Source: Phyllosticta citribraziliensis
Taxonomy: Eukaryota
DNA length: 64,000 bases
NCBI RefSeq assembly: GCF_038025025.1
Contig: NW_027117347.1
Span: 868,001 to 932,000, forward strand
Reading direction: 5' to 3'
Each line of letters begins with the position of its first letter. The first letter of the stretch is position 1. Positions 49,664 through 61,772 of the stretch are shown one piece after another. The notes under the pieces are model-generated. The model was not told where the DNA came from. It searched no databases and was given only the letters and a program-made list of their open reading frames with translations. The translations under genes were made by a program, and so were the position numbers.

Positions 49664-52600
49664 GGTTTTGATATGTCCCGTCGTTGAGTGGGTTGGTGGA
49701 TGGAGGCTAGCTTGGTGGCCTTCTACGCTGCTTGCTTTGCCCTTCGTTCTTTTCCTTCTCTTTCCTCGCTCTTTGATTCTTTTCTTGTTTAACCTTTGCG
49801 CGCAGAATCGGATGTCTTGATAGAAGGTGTACCGGGTTGTCGACGTGGGAGATGCACGGTGACGTCTGTCGCGTCGCACAGGAACATGTGCTGGTGTTCG
49901 AGGTCTCTCAATCGAATTGCCCAAGTACGCAGCTCAGCCTGTTGCGCAGACGAATGAGAACATGGCCAGGAACAGGACTAGCAGTCGCGGGTTACAGTAG
50001 TGCAGGCGCGTACGGTATGTAGCCCACGACGACGAAGAGAAGGCAGAGCGTCTGTCGTTGACGCGATCAGCCTCGGCAATGCGGGGAAGAGAGGTGCGGC
50101 GGCAACGTGTGTATACAGCGTGTGCTTGTCCACATCTCTCTACAGCTCAGATGTCCGTTGTCGGCAACCAGGCGCTACCTACCGCAGTTGCATTCGCTCC
50201 AATCCAGTGCGGTCTACTCCGGGCAGAGACGCGATTCTGATTCCGCACTTGGAGAGGAGGGCTGGCTTAGTCGCCCGTCCGAACCGCTGCAGCTACCTTG
50301 CCTTACTACATGTACGAACGGTACTCGGACCAAGCGGGCAGCATCCATCCAGCAACAACCTACATGCCACCTACGCACCGCAGCATCCACGGCACTCGGC
50401 GCGTTCTCAGTCCGCAGGCCGCACACCTACCTCCGTCCCCTGCCCGCCACACGCCCTCATCGGATTGGACAAAGGCGCTCGCGTCTTCCTCGTCGACGCG
50501 ACGAATTGGGCAATGCGGTCCCGCGGCTCGACAGATGGCACGCACATACATAATATGTATGCGTGAGATAGGTCGGCAGCGGCAGCAGTCAATTTCGCTC
50601 ATCTAGCGTCCGATGCCCGCTGCCCTTTTTCTCTCTCTTCCTGGCTGACAAGGTACCACTTGCCAGCCGGCGCTTGTGAGAAGACAGGCAGTGAGAGTGC
50701 GTGGAAGGGTGGGAGGGTGGGATGGTGGGGTGCATCGAGTGAGCGCCTTGGTTGTCGAGACCGCAGTCCCCGCATTGAGTGCGGAGGTTCCCCGCCCCTG
50801 ATCCCCACACCTGGCAGCAGTTACTCAGGCACCAGATGGTCGTCAGGTCCGCGAGACGAGGCGTGACGAGACGAGACGAGACGAATCAATCCTTGTCTGC
50901 CCGCATGCCTGGACGCGGGTCCGCGGGTTGGGGTCCAACGGCATTTTCCCTCTATTCCTTTATTTTCTATTTTTTCCTTCTTCATGCATAGTGCGCCGAC
51001 TTGATAGCAGAGTGTGTCAAAGTCAAAATGACATGACGCTATAGAGCGAAAGTTTGGGGCGCCGATTGCTTTACGAAATAGTGGCACGAGTTGTGGCATG
51101 ACTGCACTCTGATAAGATGAAAGAGAAGTGACAGATTGCGGGGAGATTGGGCACGACATTGGGGGACTTTTTGGGTTCAGGGATTCAATTGAAATCCTGA
51201 TAGTTTGTCTGTCTACTTTGAAATTGGCGATACTTGGGACGGCTTTCCTTTTCATGGCGAGAAGGGCAACAAGCTACGCGTCTTAAAAGTCAATGGCCGG
51301 ACGAAAGACGCAATAGACGGCGCTGGGTATACCCATGAGAAGCAGCTAGCTATGGTCTTCTCTCTCCCTTCACCAAACCGTTTTTCAACGACCTCGGTTA
51401 AGGGCGTCTGTAGAACAAGATGCAGATTCAGAAAGGCAACAATTCTGTCCCTATTTCCATGTCTCGAAAAACAACATACCCTTTTTCTACTCCTTCAAAG
51501 CAACCCTGCCATCTTGCACCCGACCAATGGTAAGCAGCACAACTCGGGGGTCCGAGCTGCGGCCCGTGCGGATCTCCCGCCGGCATCGCAAGCGAGCGAG
51601 CTGAAGACTGACCTGACTGCTACCGTACCCCCTTAGGTACTCGCCCCTAAAGCCATGCAACAACAGCGGCCGCCACACGGAGCACTCGAATCATCTGATG
51701 GCCACAGTAAAGGAAAAGCCACTCAGTCTGCCAGGTGGGCACGAGGTCTGACTAACAGGCAGCATGCCCAGAACAAGACGAGTTTTGAGCCTGACCTCAA
51801 TTGCACTTGTTTGCAGGTCTAGAACACCTCGGGCGAGAATGATTCGTCTCGCTTGTTTGCCGGCGTGGCTTGCTCTAGACTACTCCTCCTACTCCTCTCG
51901 CAGCTGATGAGGCGCTGCTGAGCTCGCCACCACGGAAGGATTGTCGACAACACGGATACGCGGGAAAAGCGGCAGTTTGGCATGAAGCTACGTGCTTGTT
52001 CACCAGCGCAGGATTTCTAAGACAACCAGAGTGGTGTGTGCGCTTAGAAAATCAGTTCATGTCACGAGTGACTCGAAGTTTGCGTCATGGTCTTTCGCGT
52101 TTTTGCCGTCAAACGTCGTGGACGAGGAAGAATACAACCCGTTGGAAGACATGAAAACAAAAACAAAACTCCCGACGACCCGTTGCTTGTCGTCATTCTC
52201 GCGCGCTTGAGATGGCTGTCTGCGTGTGCGGGTAGGTAGATCAAGAAACAAAAGAAACCAGTAAATCAATCAATCCAGAAAAACTTCGACTCAACCCACC
52301 CCAGCCCAGCTGAGCTCAAAAAGACAGTCGACGCAACTGCAGCCATCCGGCGCCTGTCAACACAAGGCAGTGTACCTTTAAAAAAAAGGAAGACATCCTC
52401 GAAACGACCGCAACAGTAAAAGTCAGGCTAGCCACGTTCGGCCGGCTGGGAGGTGGCTGCTGGCCATGTGGCTCGCCCGGGGGTCCAGACTAGACCTATC
52501 GTCGTCATGCTATCATCCCTTTGCTCATTTCTCGTTGCGTTCGTTCGCTCATTCGCTCGCTAACTAGCTAGCTAGCTCACTGTTTTCTTGAGCTGTGCTG

Positions 52601-52917
52601 CTCGATTGAATGCCTGTGCTTGTTTTTACTGCTCTCCACAACTCAGACTCTTTTTGCCGTCTGTTTACACACACGATATCTGAGTGTTGTTGCGCGTGGT
52701 TGGCACCTGGCCGGCCCCCTTTTGTCGTCTCTGCCATTTACATCGTCACATTCAGGAGTGCTAGTGACAACAGACAACACTGCTTCCTCGTCTCGCTTTC
52801 TAGGTGTCCCTCGCTGCGCCTACCCCCCTCAGGCCGCTCGCTGCGCTGGCCGGGACGCACAACCACACGACAGACAGTCCCGACACCATCACAGCTCTCG
52901 CACTCGCCGCCGCCGCC

Positions 52918-53703
52918 ATGTCCACAAGAAAAGCACCGCCCATCCACACGCCTCTCCTCCTCCTCACCGTCCTCACCGTCCTCACCGTCTTCGCATCCGC
53001 CCAATCCGCCTCCTCCTCCGCCACCTCCTCCACAACAGCAACAGCAACAGCAACAGCAACCTCTGCATCCTCATCCTCGACCCTCAGCCCCGCGCCAGGC
53101 ACGTCGGGCTTCACGTACGCGGGGTGCTGGAACGAGACGACGGGGTACGCGCAGGGCGGCAACGTGCGCGCGCTGGCGGGCGGCAGCATGGCGAGCGACA
53201 CGACGCTGACGGCGGCCAAGTGCTTCGAGTTTTGCGGCGACGGGAGTCAGTATGCCGGGCTGGAGTATGGGCAAGAGTATGTGCTGCTTCTGTTTCTTTG
53301 CTGCTCTCCCTTTTCCGGGTTTCTTGTCAGAAGGACGGAAGCGAACGCGCGAAAAGGAGGATGAGAAGAGGAAAAGGACAGAGGAGAGGAGAAGGAAGAG
53401 AAGATCAGAGACAAGACGATTCAAAAGGCTAGCTTACTGACAACAACTCTCTTGAATGGCAGATGCTGGTGCGCGCCCTACCTCTCCGCCCTGTCGACGC
53501 AGCTCCCCGACTTGGCCTGCGACATCCCCTGCAAAGGCGCAAACAAGACGGCATGCGGCGGCAGCTTGACGCTGACGCTGTACAACCGGACGGGCAAGGG
53601 AGGATCCGATAAGAGCGGCGCGGTGGGTGGTGGTGTTGGATGGAGTGCGGCCTCGGCCGTTGGAGCGGTGTGGTTTGCGATCGCGTGGGGTATGGGTGTG
53701 TGA
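52918..53703 (+). CDS. Small secreted, probably GPI-anchored, single-WSC-domain protein
   Basis: Exons 52918-53276, 53463-53703. Signal peptide, Ser/Thr linker, YAGCWNE..RAL..KCFEFC..YAGLEYGQECWC..CDIPC.GANKTACGG..LYN, hydrophobic C-terminus after KSGA. Confidence 0.9.
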
Positions 53704-53965
53704 AAGAGGGGAGGGAGGAAAGGAGATCGAGGAGGTGGAGGCTAAGGTGGAGGCTTGTAGTGACGGTTTAATGTGAATACAGCCACGTTGTTTGCATGAG
53801 CTCGCAAACGAAGCAGGACATGAAGGAGGAAACTGACGGACAGCAACGCAGTCTCGATTCCCACAACCAAAAAAGCGGTCCAGCATAGGATTGACCAAGA
53901 CAATACAGTCTACCACTCACCACGCGGCATAAGAATAACAGTGATACCCCACCAATGCCGACCCA

Positions 53966-56606
53966 TCACGCAACGCCCATGACGGCCGTCCTCATCACCT
54001 CCTTCGGGCGGCGATACGTGTACCCAATAAACGCGCCCTTCTTCCTCGCCTCGAGCACCTGCGCCTTGAGATACGGATCCCGCAACAGCTTGTCTCTCGG
54101 CCTCTTCTTCTCCCTGACCTTGCGCTTCCCCAGACTCTTGCCAAGTACGGCGTTGAGCGGGCCAGCCTGGTACTCGACGCCCGACATCAAGCCCGCGCAG
54201 TCGTTGTTGCCAGCAGCAGCGGCGGCGGCGGCCGCGGTACTGTCGACCTTTGCGGCGGCCTCGGCCGCGGAGCTCTTCGATGAGTTGGCGTCGTCCACGT
54301 CCACGTCTGCCGAGCTGCCCAGGATCTGGTGCTCGTCGTCAAAGTACTTGGTCAGATCCTGGCCGCGGCGGATTTGCGGCACAAAGGGTGGCCGGAGCTG
54401 ATGCAGTTGCGCCCATCTGATGCCGTGGAAGAAGGGGTGCGACTTGATATCGCGCGCGTCGTCTGCGTAGACAAAGCTCCGGGCCCGCGCGTCGCTGCTG
54501 CTGTTGCCTCCCCCGCTGCCGCCCATTGCTCCGCTTGCGGCGACCGGCGTAGGCACTGATGATATGCGGTAGCTGTAGCCTTGGCCGTTGGAGCGCATGC
54601 CGAAGCTGCGATGACGTTGGTGACGTGGAACAGGGTAGGTACTGGAGTCGTTCTGACGATATTCGGACGCGGAAAGACGATCTTCCTTGTCCACGAGCAA
54701 TGACTTGATTAGACTCATGGCAGTGTAACTCACTTGCGGGAGAGGGATGCGGTCGTTTCCCTCACCGCCCCAGCGCTGCTCGGCGGGAAAGTGAAGATGC
54801 AGGGAATGTGTCACGATCTTGGTCTTGGTGTCCTTGCGCTCTTGTGAATAAAAAGGCGTTTGGCCATAAAGACACTGTCACTGGTGAGCTACTCTGACGA
54901 CCAACTTTGATGGAAGTCAGAATTACCTCGTAGAGAATAATCCCAATGCTCCACCAGTCACATCGTCCGTCGTACTCCTCGCCTTTGATGACCTCTGGAG
55001 CCATGTACTGGCTCGTGCCAACGACACTTTTTGCAAGCCTTCGCTGTTGGTTCCTGTTCATCCAAGGCAGCGGATTCTCGAACTTTGGTTCGGCATTGCT
55101 GGCAAAGTACTTTTCCTTGATTGTGAACATGGACGGCTTGGTCGGCATTCGGCCGAGTCCAAACGGAACATTTGAAGAGCTGTTGACGCCAGTCGCCTTC
55201 TGCTTTTCCAGCTTGATGCGCTCCTCCTCTTCATCGTGCTCATCACCCTGAACCTTGATGCCAAATTTTTGAAGCAGGCTATAACGCTTCTCGCTAAAGT
55301 AGCTTTGGTTATGGGCCCAGTGTCCGTCAAAGGCCAGACCGAAATCGGAAATCTTCAAATGTCCAGATGCCGTGATCAAAAAGTTGTCGGGCTTCACGTC
55401 TCGATGTATCCAGTTCATCTTGTGGGCTTCTTCGACGCACAAAATCATTTCAGCGACATACCACTGGGCGACCCATTCATCCAGGACATCCTGTCTCATC
55501 AAAAACCCCAGAAAGTCGCCACCGACCATGTAATCCATGACGAGGTACAGATTGGTATGGTCTTGAAAACTCGCAATCAGGGGAACTACCCAGCGCGAGT
55601 TTTCCGAAGCCACCAAAAAGTCTCGTTCGGCTCTCAGGTGGCCTTCTTGACAGTTGCGCAGCATCTCTGACTTTCGAATTACCTTCATGGCAAACACCTG
55701 TTGGCTGGGGTCGGACAGACGTGGCCTTCCCCTCTCGGGCTCGCCCTTTCCTCCGTCGAGGCGTTCGATATCAGACTCGGAGTCGAGCCGCGGCGCCTTT
55801 GAGGGTGGCATATCCCTCTCTCTGACGAGACGGACGACCCCGAAGCTCCCCTTGCCCAGGATCCGGACAACTTCATAGCCAGCAATGGAGATGCCCTTGG
55901 ACTTTCTTCGAATCAAGGAGTGGCTCTTCCAGACACGAGTCTGCCTCAGATGATCACTCTCTGCGCGGAGCCACCTCTTGATTGCGTCTTCTCGTTGCTC
56001 TTTGGAAGCTGCCTGGAGGTTGAGTCGCTCCTCGAGTGCTTCTCGCCTTCTTTGACGTGAGCTGGCTTGGGAAGACTGCAATTCATTAAAGTGAGTCTCG
56101 AAAAAGACCTTTGTTGCGGCAGCGGCCTCGATGGTCCCGACTGACGGCTTGATTGGGTCCAGTTCGGCTTGCTGGACGGGAATGCCATGGCTTGACGAGG
56201 TGGAACGGGCAGACCTGTGCTGTGACAGTGTGGTTTCAGTGCTTCCTCCTGTTGGGGCTACCGTCGAGCCGCTGAAGGCGGTGGTCTTGACTGGAGAATG
56301 GGGCCGGAGTTTCGAAATGGCCGAGGCGGCAGAATGGCCATTGGAAGTCGAATCGTTATATGAGGTGGGCGCCGTGGAAGCCGAGTGAGGAGGCGAGAGG
56401 CTGTTTGACTTTTCAGGGGACGAGGAGCTGTTGTTGGGAAGGGACAGGCTGAAGACGGCGTTGAGAATGCCTGGGGCAGAGGCAGATCTGGTGGAAGGGG
56501 ATTCGACCAGGTCCTTTGCGCGGCCAAAGAAGATGCTGGGGCGATTGTGGGGGCGTCGGTGTATGACGGTCCGCTTCTTGTACGGGTTATGGCTGAAGAA
56601 AGTCAT
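53966..56606 (-). CDS. NDR-family (Cbk1/COT-1-related) Ser/Thr kinase
   Basis: Exons 56606-54927, 54874-53966. ESDHLRQTR N-terminal region, LGKGSFGVV, AMKVIRK, HRDVKPDN, DFG with a long insert, SVVGTSQYMAPE, AGC tail AFIGYTYRR. Confidence 0.9.
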
Positions 56607-57069
56607 GCTGGGATAGTGATGTGGTCGACAGGACGGCTGATGGGGCCGACGCTGGAGACGGAGAGTTGGCCGACGAGGTGGGAGACATGGTGGGCCAAAG
56701 TCTGCTGCGAATACAGTTGAGGAAGCAGCAAGTCCGAGTTGAGTTGGGCAGCGCTTTCTCGTGCGAGCGCGTCCAGTTGGCGGGTGGTGGTGAGCGAGGG
56801 AGTGGTTAGAGTGTCGTCGGCGGGCGAGGCTGATGGGACATTCCCTGCTGCAAGCGCGTTTCAGTGCGGGCGTGGCACATGCGGGTCGTCCTGGTGGTGA
56901 GGTGAGCCGCGCTCGTGATGCGATCTGCTGTCCACCTGCTCCTCCACATCCGATGCAGCCTCTCCGACTTGATTTAATGCGTCTCGTCCTCGCTTGCTTC
57001 TGATGCATCTTCTCTGCTGTGCCTCTCTCTTCCTTGTCCTCCACTCTCCACTCTGTGCTGTCCGAGCGC

Positions 57070-57114
57070 CGCATCCGCATCCGCATCCGCATCCGCATCG
57101 CATCGCATCGCATC
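57070..57114. repeat. (CGCATC)n / (CGCAT)n simple repeat in the kinase-Yippee divergent region
   Basis: Read directly. Confidence 0.85.
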
Positions 57115-57439
57115 GGCACCGCCGGCGCGTCCCGTGGCGCTCCACTCCGCTGCCTCTCCACTCCCGTCTGGTTGCCCTACCGCACCTTATCGCCCTTATC
57201 GATTGTCTAGTGCCCCGCTCCACACGTCAGAAGACAGAAGAATACCTTTGGTACTGGCCATCTTCACAACCGCATCCAGACTTGCCGCGCGATTCGCTTC
57301 GTCCTGGAGCCTCCTCAACCGCTGCGCGCCCTCTCCTGGCCAAAACGGACACCAAAACCCACCTCTCCCGTCCAGGCCGCGCGCAAACGCACCTCACCAT
57401 CAGACCTCCATTGTCGCGTCACGCCATTCCTCACTCACA

Positions 57440-58318
57440 ATGCATTCGGCGCCCTCACCATTCCCGCTCTATCTGCTCCCGAGCATTCCTTTCCGGCGAC
57501 GATCCTCCAGCGCCACCACAATCGACACCACCTCGGCCTCTAGCTCCCCTCCTACGGACCACCAATCTTGCTCAACCGACGCGAGCTCCAATCTCGGCAG
57601 CTCAGCACCATCTTCGCCGCCCTCGTCGCCGCCGCGCTTTCTCTCAGGCCATCGCGCTCATCTGCGCTGCACGCGCTGCCTGACGGATCTCTGCCTGACG
57701 TCGCAGATCATCAGCAAAGGCTTCACCGGCCGCCACGGCCGCGCCTATCTCGTTGCGCCGCCAAACCCTTACCCCTACGCCGGCAGCGGCGCGTCAACGA
57801 GTAACAGCGATTCCAGCTTGCGCGGCGAGATCAACCTCCCCAATACACACACGCACAAGCCGGTCCCGCGGCAGCTGGTGACGGGCGCGCATACCGTCAG
57901 CGACATTAGCTGCGCGCTGTGCGGCGCCGTCCTGGGCTGGAAGTACGTCGCCGCCGAGGAGGAGAGCCAAAAGTACAAGGTGGGCAAGTTCATCCTGGAG
58001 ACCAAGCGTGTGTGCCGCGGCGTGTGCTGGGAAAACGAGACCGCAGACGAAGACAACAGCGTCATTGGCGGCCGTCGCGGCCGCAACGGTGCGCCGCGCA
58101 AAGAGGCCAGGAGCAGCGTGGACAGCGAATGCTCCGGCGCTGCTGGTTCCGGTGACGGCGACGGCGACGACGACGCGATAGAGTTTGACAGCCAGGACGA
58201 GGATGAGTGCGAGGATCTCTTCGCCGGCATCTGGAGCCCGGCGCTGGCGAGGAAGAGGCGGAGGGGCAGGCTCTGGAGGGACGCCCGGAACGGCGCCAAT
58301 GGCGTCGAGGAGGTTTGA
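57440..58318 (+). CDS. Yippee/Mis18-family zinc-binding protein
   Basis: Single exon from ATG 57440. LRCTRC..QIISKGFTGRHGRAYL..RQLVTGAHTVSDISCALCGAVLGWKY..A.EESQKYKVGKFILE. Confidence 0.9.
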   Translation: MHSAPSPFPLYLLPSIPFRRRSSSATTIDTTSASSSPPTDHQSCSTDASSNLGSSAPSSPPSSPPRFLSGHRAHLRCTRCLTDLCLTSQIISKGFTGRHGRAYLVAPPNPYPYAGSGASTSNSDSSLRGEINLPNTHTHKPVPRQLVTGAHTVSDISCALCGAVLGWKYVAAEEESQKYKVGKFILETKRVCRGVCWENETADEDNSVIGGRRGRNGAPRKEARSSVDSECSGAAGSGDGDGDDDAIEFDSQDEDECEDLFAGIWSPALARKRRRGRLWRDARNGANGVEEV

Positions 58319-59714
58319 GTTAAGCTCAACCTTCGCCCAGTTCGACTCATACCTGCGGGATACCTTCCCTCTTGTCACACCGCCGCCGTCAATCGACCTC
58401 CTTGGCGGCGGAAGGACGAACCTTGAAACCTTCCGTGGATTGGAACAGTCATGCCTGTACAGGACATGACGTCTGAGGCGCGTCTTTTTTTGTTGCATAG
58501 CATCGCATTTTGAGAACTGCAAGGTGATCGTCTCGCGCAACCAGTGCGCACGACTCCTGCCATGGCGAGCACAGCTACCCAGCTGCTAATCGCCATAGTT
58601 CTTTTGCCTTCGTCAAGGGCGTTTTCGGATCGGACGGACGTGCGGATGGACGGCTGGCTTCTCTCGGTGCTTCTTTTGGACCTTGTTTCTTCCCATCTCT
58701 GTTCTTTCTTCCCCAGGATGCATCGTCGCCATCATCATCATCTTCATCGCCCTCGGAATTTCCTTGTCTCTTTCCCGCCTGATCCTGGGGCTGCCGCATG
58801 TCCGCCGTCAATGGCGGACGTGGTGGTCCAATCAGGTCAGCCAGCCGCCTGATGCTTCAACGACAGCTTATGATTGGAAGACTGCACAACGACCACCACT
58901 CATCATTCATCCATTGATACCCCCCTTGGACCTGGTGCGGTGGATTGCCTTGTGGTCCACCGCGAACCACCGGTCATCTTTCCCTTTGCTCTTTTCTCCC
59001 CACCACACACCGTTAATAATGTCTGGGATAATCACCCGCTCCACTCCTCTTCCTCTTGTCTAGGGATGTAATTAGTCAGTACAGTAGTAATGCCAACCAC
59101 CTCAACTCACAATCGATGCATGTGCAAGGCAGAGCAGGGCTACTGCCGGCATGAGAGCAAACAATCTTGATGAAATTTTCATGTGACTACCTTCCCTTCC
59201 TTCGATCCAGACTTGTCGTGAAAACCCACGACCACCGTACATTCTTTTCAACCACCCACACCCTTCTTACATGCACAGCCACATTTACGCCCCCAATGTG
59301 GTGAACCCCTCTGATTAGATGCACCCCACCAACGCCGCGATCCAACTTTTTGTTCCGACTGATGAGATGGCGAGTGGCGAGGTACCGTACACGGTATACC
59401 CATGCCCATCCCGCGTTCCCGGTGATTAAGCAAAGACAGGAAGAAAGGAAAAATAGAAAAGAAGGGCAGGGAAGGGCGCCTGAGAGATCCGTCCTCCCTG
59501 CACTATGCCGCAATGCAAGTGGGATATCTCGAAACGCTGCAAAACGTCGAACCCGAGACTGAGACGAGAGGAAATTTGCATGAGAGAAAAAGACGAGCCT
59601 AGTCGAGCGTGGCCGAGGCTCAGAACGGTTTGCAGACTGCAGACTGCAGACGCCGGAGTGGAGCGTGCTATGCGACCGACTTGTGCGGGTACCGTTCTTG
59701 ACTCAATAGGTTCC

Positions 59715-61414
59715 TTAGTTGAGCGACACCATCTTGATGTCGAAGACAAGGGTCGAGTTGGCAGGGATGCCGGGCAGCGCCGACTTGCCGTAGGCCATGT
59801 GGGCCGGGACGGTAATCCTGCGCTCAGAGCCAACAGTCATACCGGCAACACCAACGTCCCAGCCCTTGATCACCTCACCGGCGCCGAGCTTGAAAGAGAA
59901 TGGCTTGCCCTTCTTGTTCGCTGTGGCACCATTGAGTCAGCTTCTGCCGCCTGTTTGGACGTGCTTTATCAGAGCAGGGGAACACTTACAGTCAAAGACC
60001 TTGCCGTTGGTCAGCTTGCCGATGTAGCGCATGCCGACGCGGTCTCCCTTCTTCGCGGCCGGGCCAGTTCCCAGCTTCTTGTCGTCAATGGTAATGCCCT
60101 GGACCTGCTTGACGCCGAGGCCGGTCTTTTGGTCCTTGCCGCTCTTCTCCTCTTCCTTCTTGGGGAGGGGAGAGCCAGTGGGGCCTTGCTCAAGGTTCTT
60201 GGCGAACTGGACCTTCTTCTTGTCGGCAGGACTGTCCTTGGCCTCCTCCTTGCCAACGGCCTTGCCTTCGTTGTTCTTGAGCTTCTTTTGTTGCTTCTTG
60301 CTAAGCTTCTCCTCGCCAGCGTTCTTGATCATCTCGTCGAGGCTCTCAGCAGAACGCTTCTTGCCCTTGTCGTTCTTGGCCTCGATGAGCTTGGGCGGCT
60401 CCTCATCCTCGTCGTCGGAGCCGAGCTCCTTGATCCTGGGGTTCTCGAGTCCGTCAAGCTCGTCATCCTCCTCGCTGTACTCCTCCTCAAGCTCATCCTC
60501 ATCAGGAGAAAGGTCGTACTCGTCTTCCTCGTCATCATCCTCGTCGTCGTCGTGGGTGTGGTCAGGAGCGAGGTAGTTGCCAGTCAGAGAAATGTCGTAG
60601 GCACCGGTAACCTGGAAGTACACCTGCTCGTCCTCGCCAATGGTGATGTCGATAGCCTGCTGGTAGTGCTGCAAAGAGTTAGTAAACAACCAGTACAAGC
60701 GCGAATGTCTTTTCGAATGGAAGGGTATGGATCAAGTGCAGTGAAGCATCGTGAGGCGGCGCAGATGCTTACCTTGTCGGCGTCAAGAGTGCAAATGACA
60801 AACTCCTCCATCTCCATCTCTTCATCGTCGTCGTCATCATCATCCTCCTCAGAGTCCTCATCACTCTCGCCCTCGACGGCGGGGCCCTTGCCCTTGTTCT
60901 TCTTGGCGCCGCCATCGACGTCCATCTCGTCCTCGTTGGCAGCCTCCAGGATCTGCTTCAGAGCAGCCTCGGTGCGAGCCTTCTTCGACTTCGCTGGGTC
61001 ACTGGGACCGCCGTTCTTCTCGTCATCCGAGTCGCTCTCGTCGTCGCTGATGATTTCACCCAAGCGAGCGCGGATGGCATCAATGCTGTCATCCTCCTCA
61101 TCATCGCTGTCATCCTCGCCATTGGTGATGGGCTCGCGAATCAGCTTGAGGGTTGCGCGGGCGGGGCCATCGCCTTGAGGCTCGGCGCTGGGGTCGATAG
61201 CCGCCATGGTGATGCGGAACTTTTTCTCTAGTTAGCCAAATTCTGCGCCAAAAACATGGAACGACAGGCAGCACAAAGCTGCATCTGCATATCCAAGAAG
61301 CACTTAGAGCTGCGGAACGCAACTTACAGTGGCTGGGAAGTCGGGAAGAGCCTGGATGGGCATGCCCCCAGCGGGGACTTCGAGGCCATAGATGGCGACA
61401 GGAAGAAGAGGCAT
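59715..61414 (-). CDS. fpr4: Nucleolar FKBP-type prolyl isomerase / histone chaperone (nucleoplasmin-like + acidic + FKBP)
   Basis: Exons 61414-61328, 61219-60773, 60668-59990, 59920-59715. [29 protein letters not shown], acidic tracts, [33 protein letters not shown]. Confidence 0.93.
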
Positions 61415-61772
61415 AGCGGATGTGTTGAATTAATTGCTTTGGTAGGGTATTGGATGGACTTTGTAGAGGCTGTGCTTCCGTACGCAAAATTTGGGTTGGA
61501 AGAAAAAAGAAGGTAGTGGGTAGGCGCAGAGAAAAGGTGCTGAGGGCGGTGGAGGGAAGCAGATGGGCAGATCTGCGGGCGACTTTTTCGACTGGCGCTA
61601 AGATTTCCGTGCCCTAGCGCTATTCCTCTTTCGCCACAATGACGCGCCCCGCGATGAGGACCGCCGGCTCAGGTCCCTCTCGAGTCGCGCTCTACGGTGC
61701 TTCCGCCCATCATTTGCCATGTCTCAACCGCCACGCTCAACAACAACATGATCCCTTTCATCTACCGCAATC

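Noticed and set aside
56607..57439. N-terminal extensions of the kinase (from 57161) and Yippee (from 57134) ORFs
   Set aside because: Non-ATG starts through repeat-rich promoter DNA; the ATGs at 56606 and 57440 are the plausible starts.
58683..59063. Short ORF with a hydrophobic IVAIIIIFIALG stretch
   Set aside because: The hydrophobicity comes from an (ATC)n repeat; there is no ATG or other gene evidence.
59505..61178. 557-aa plus-strand ORF antisense to fpr4
   Set aside because: Shadow of a codon-biased Asp/Glu/Lys-rich gene; it translates to L/V/S runs with no motif.
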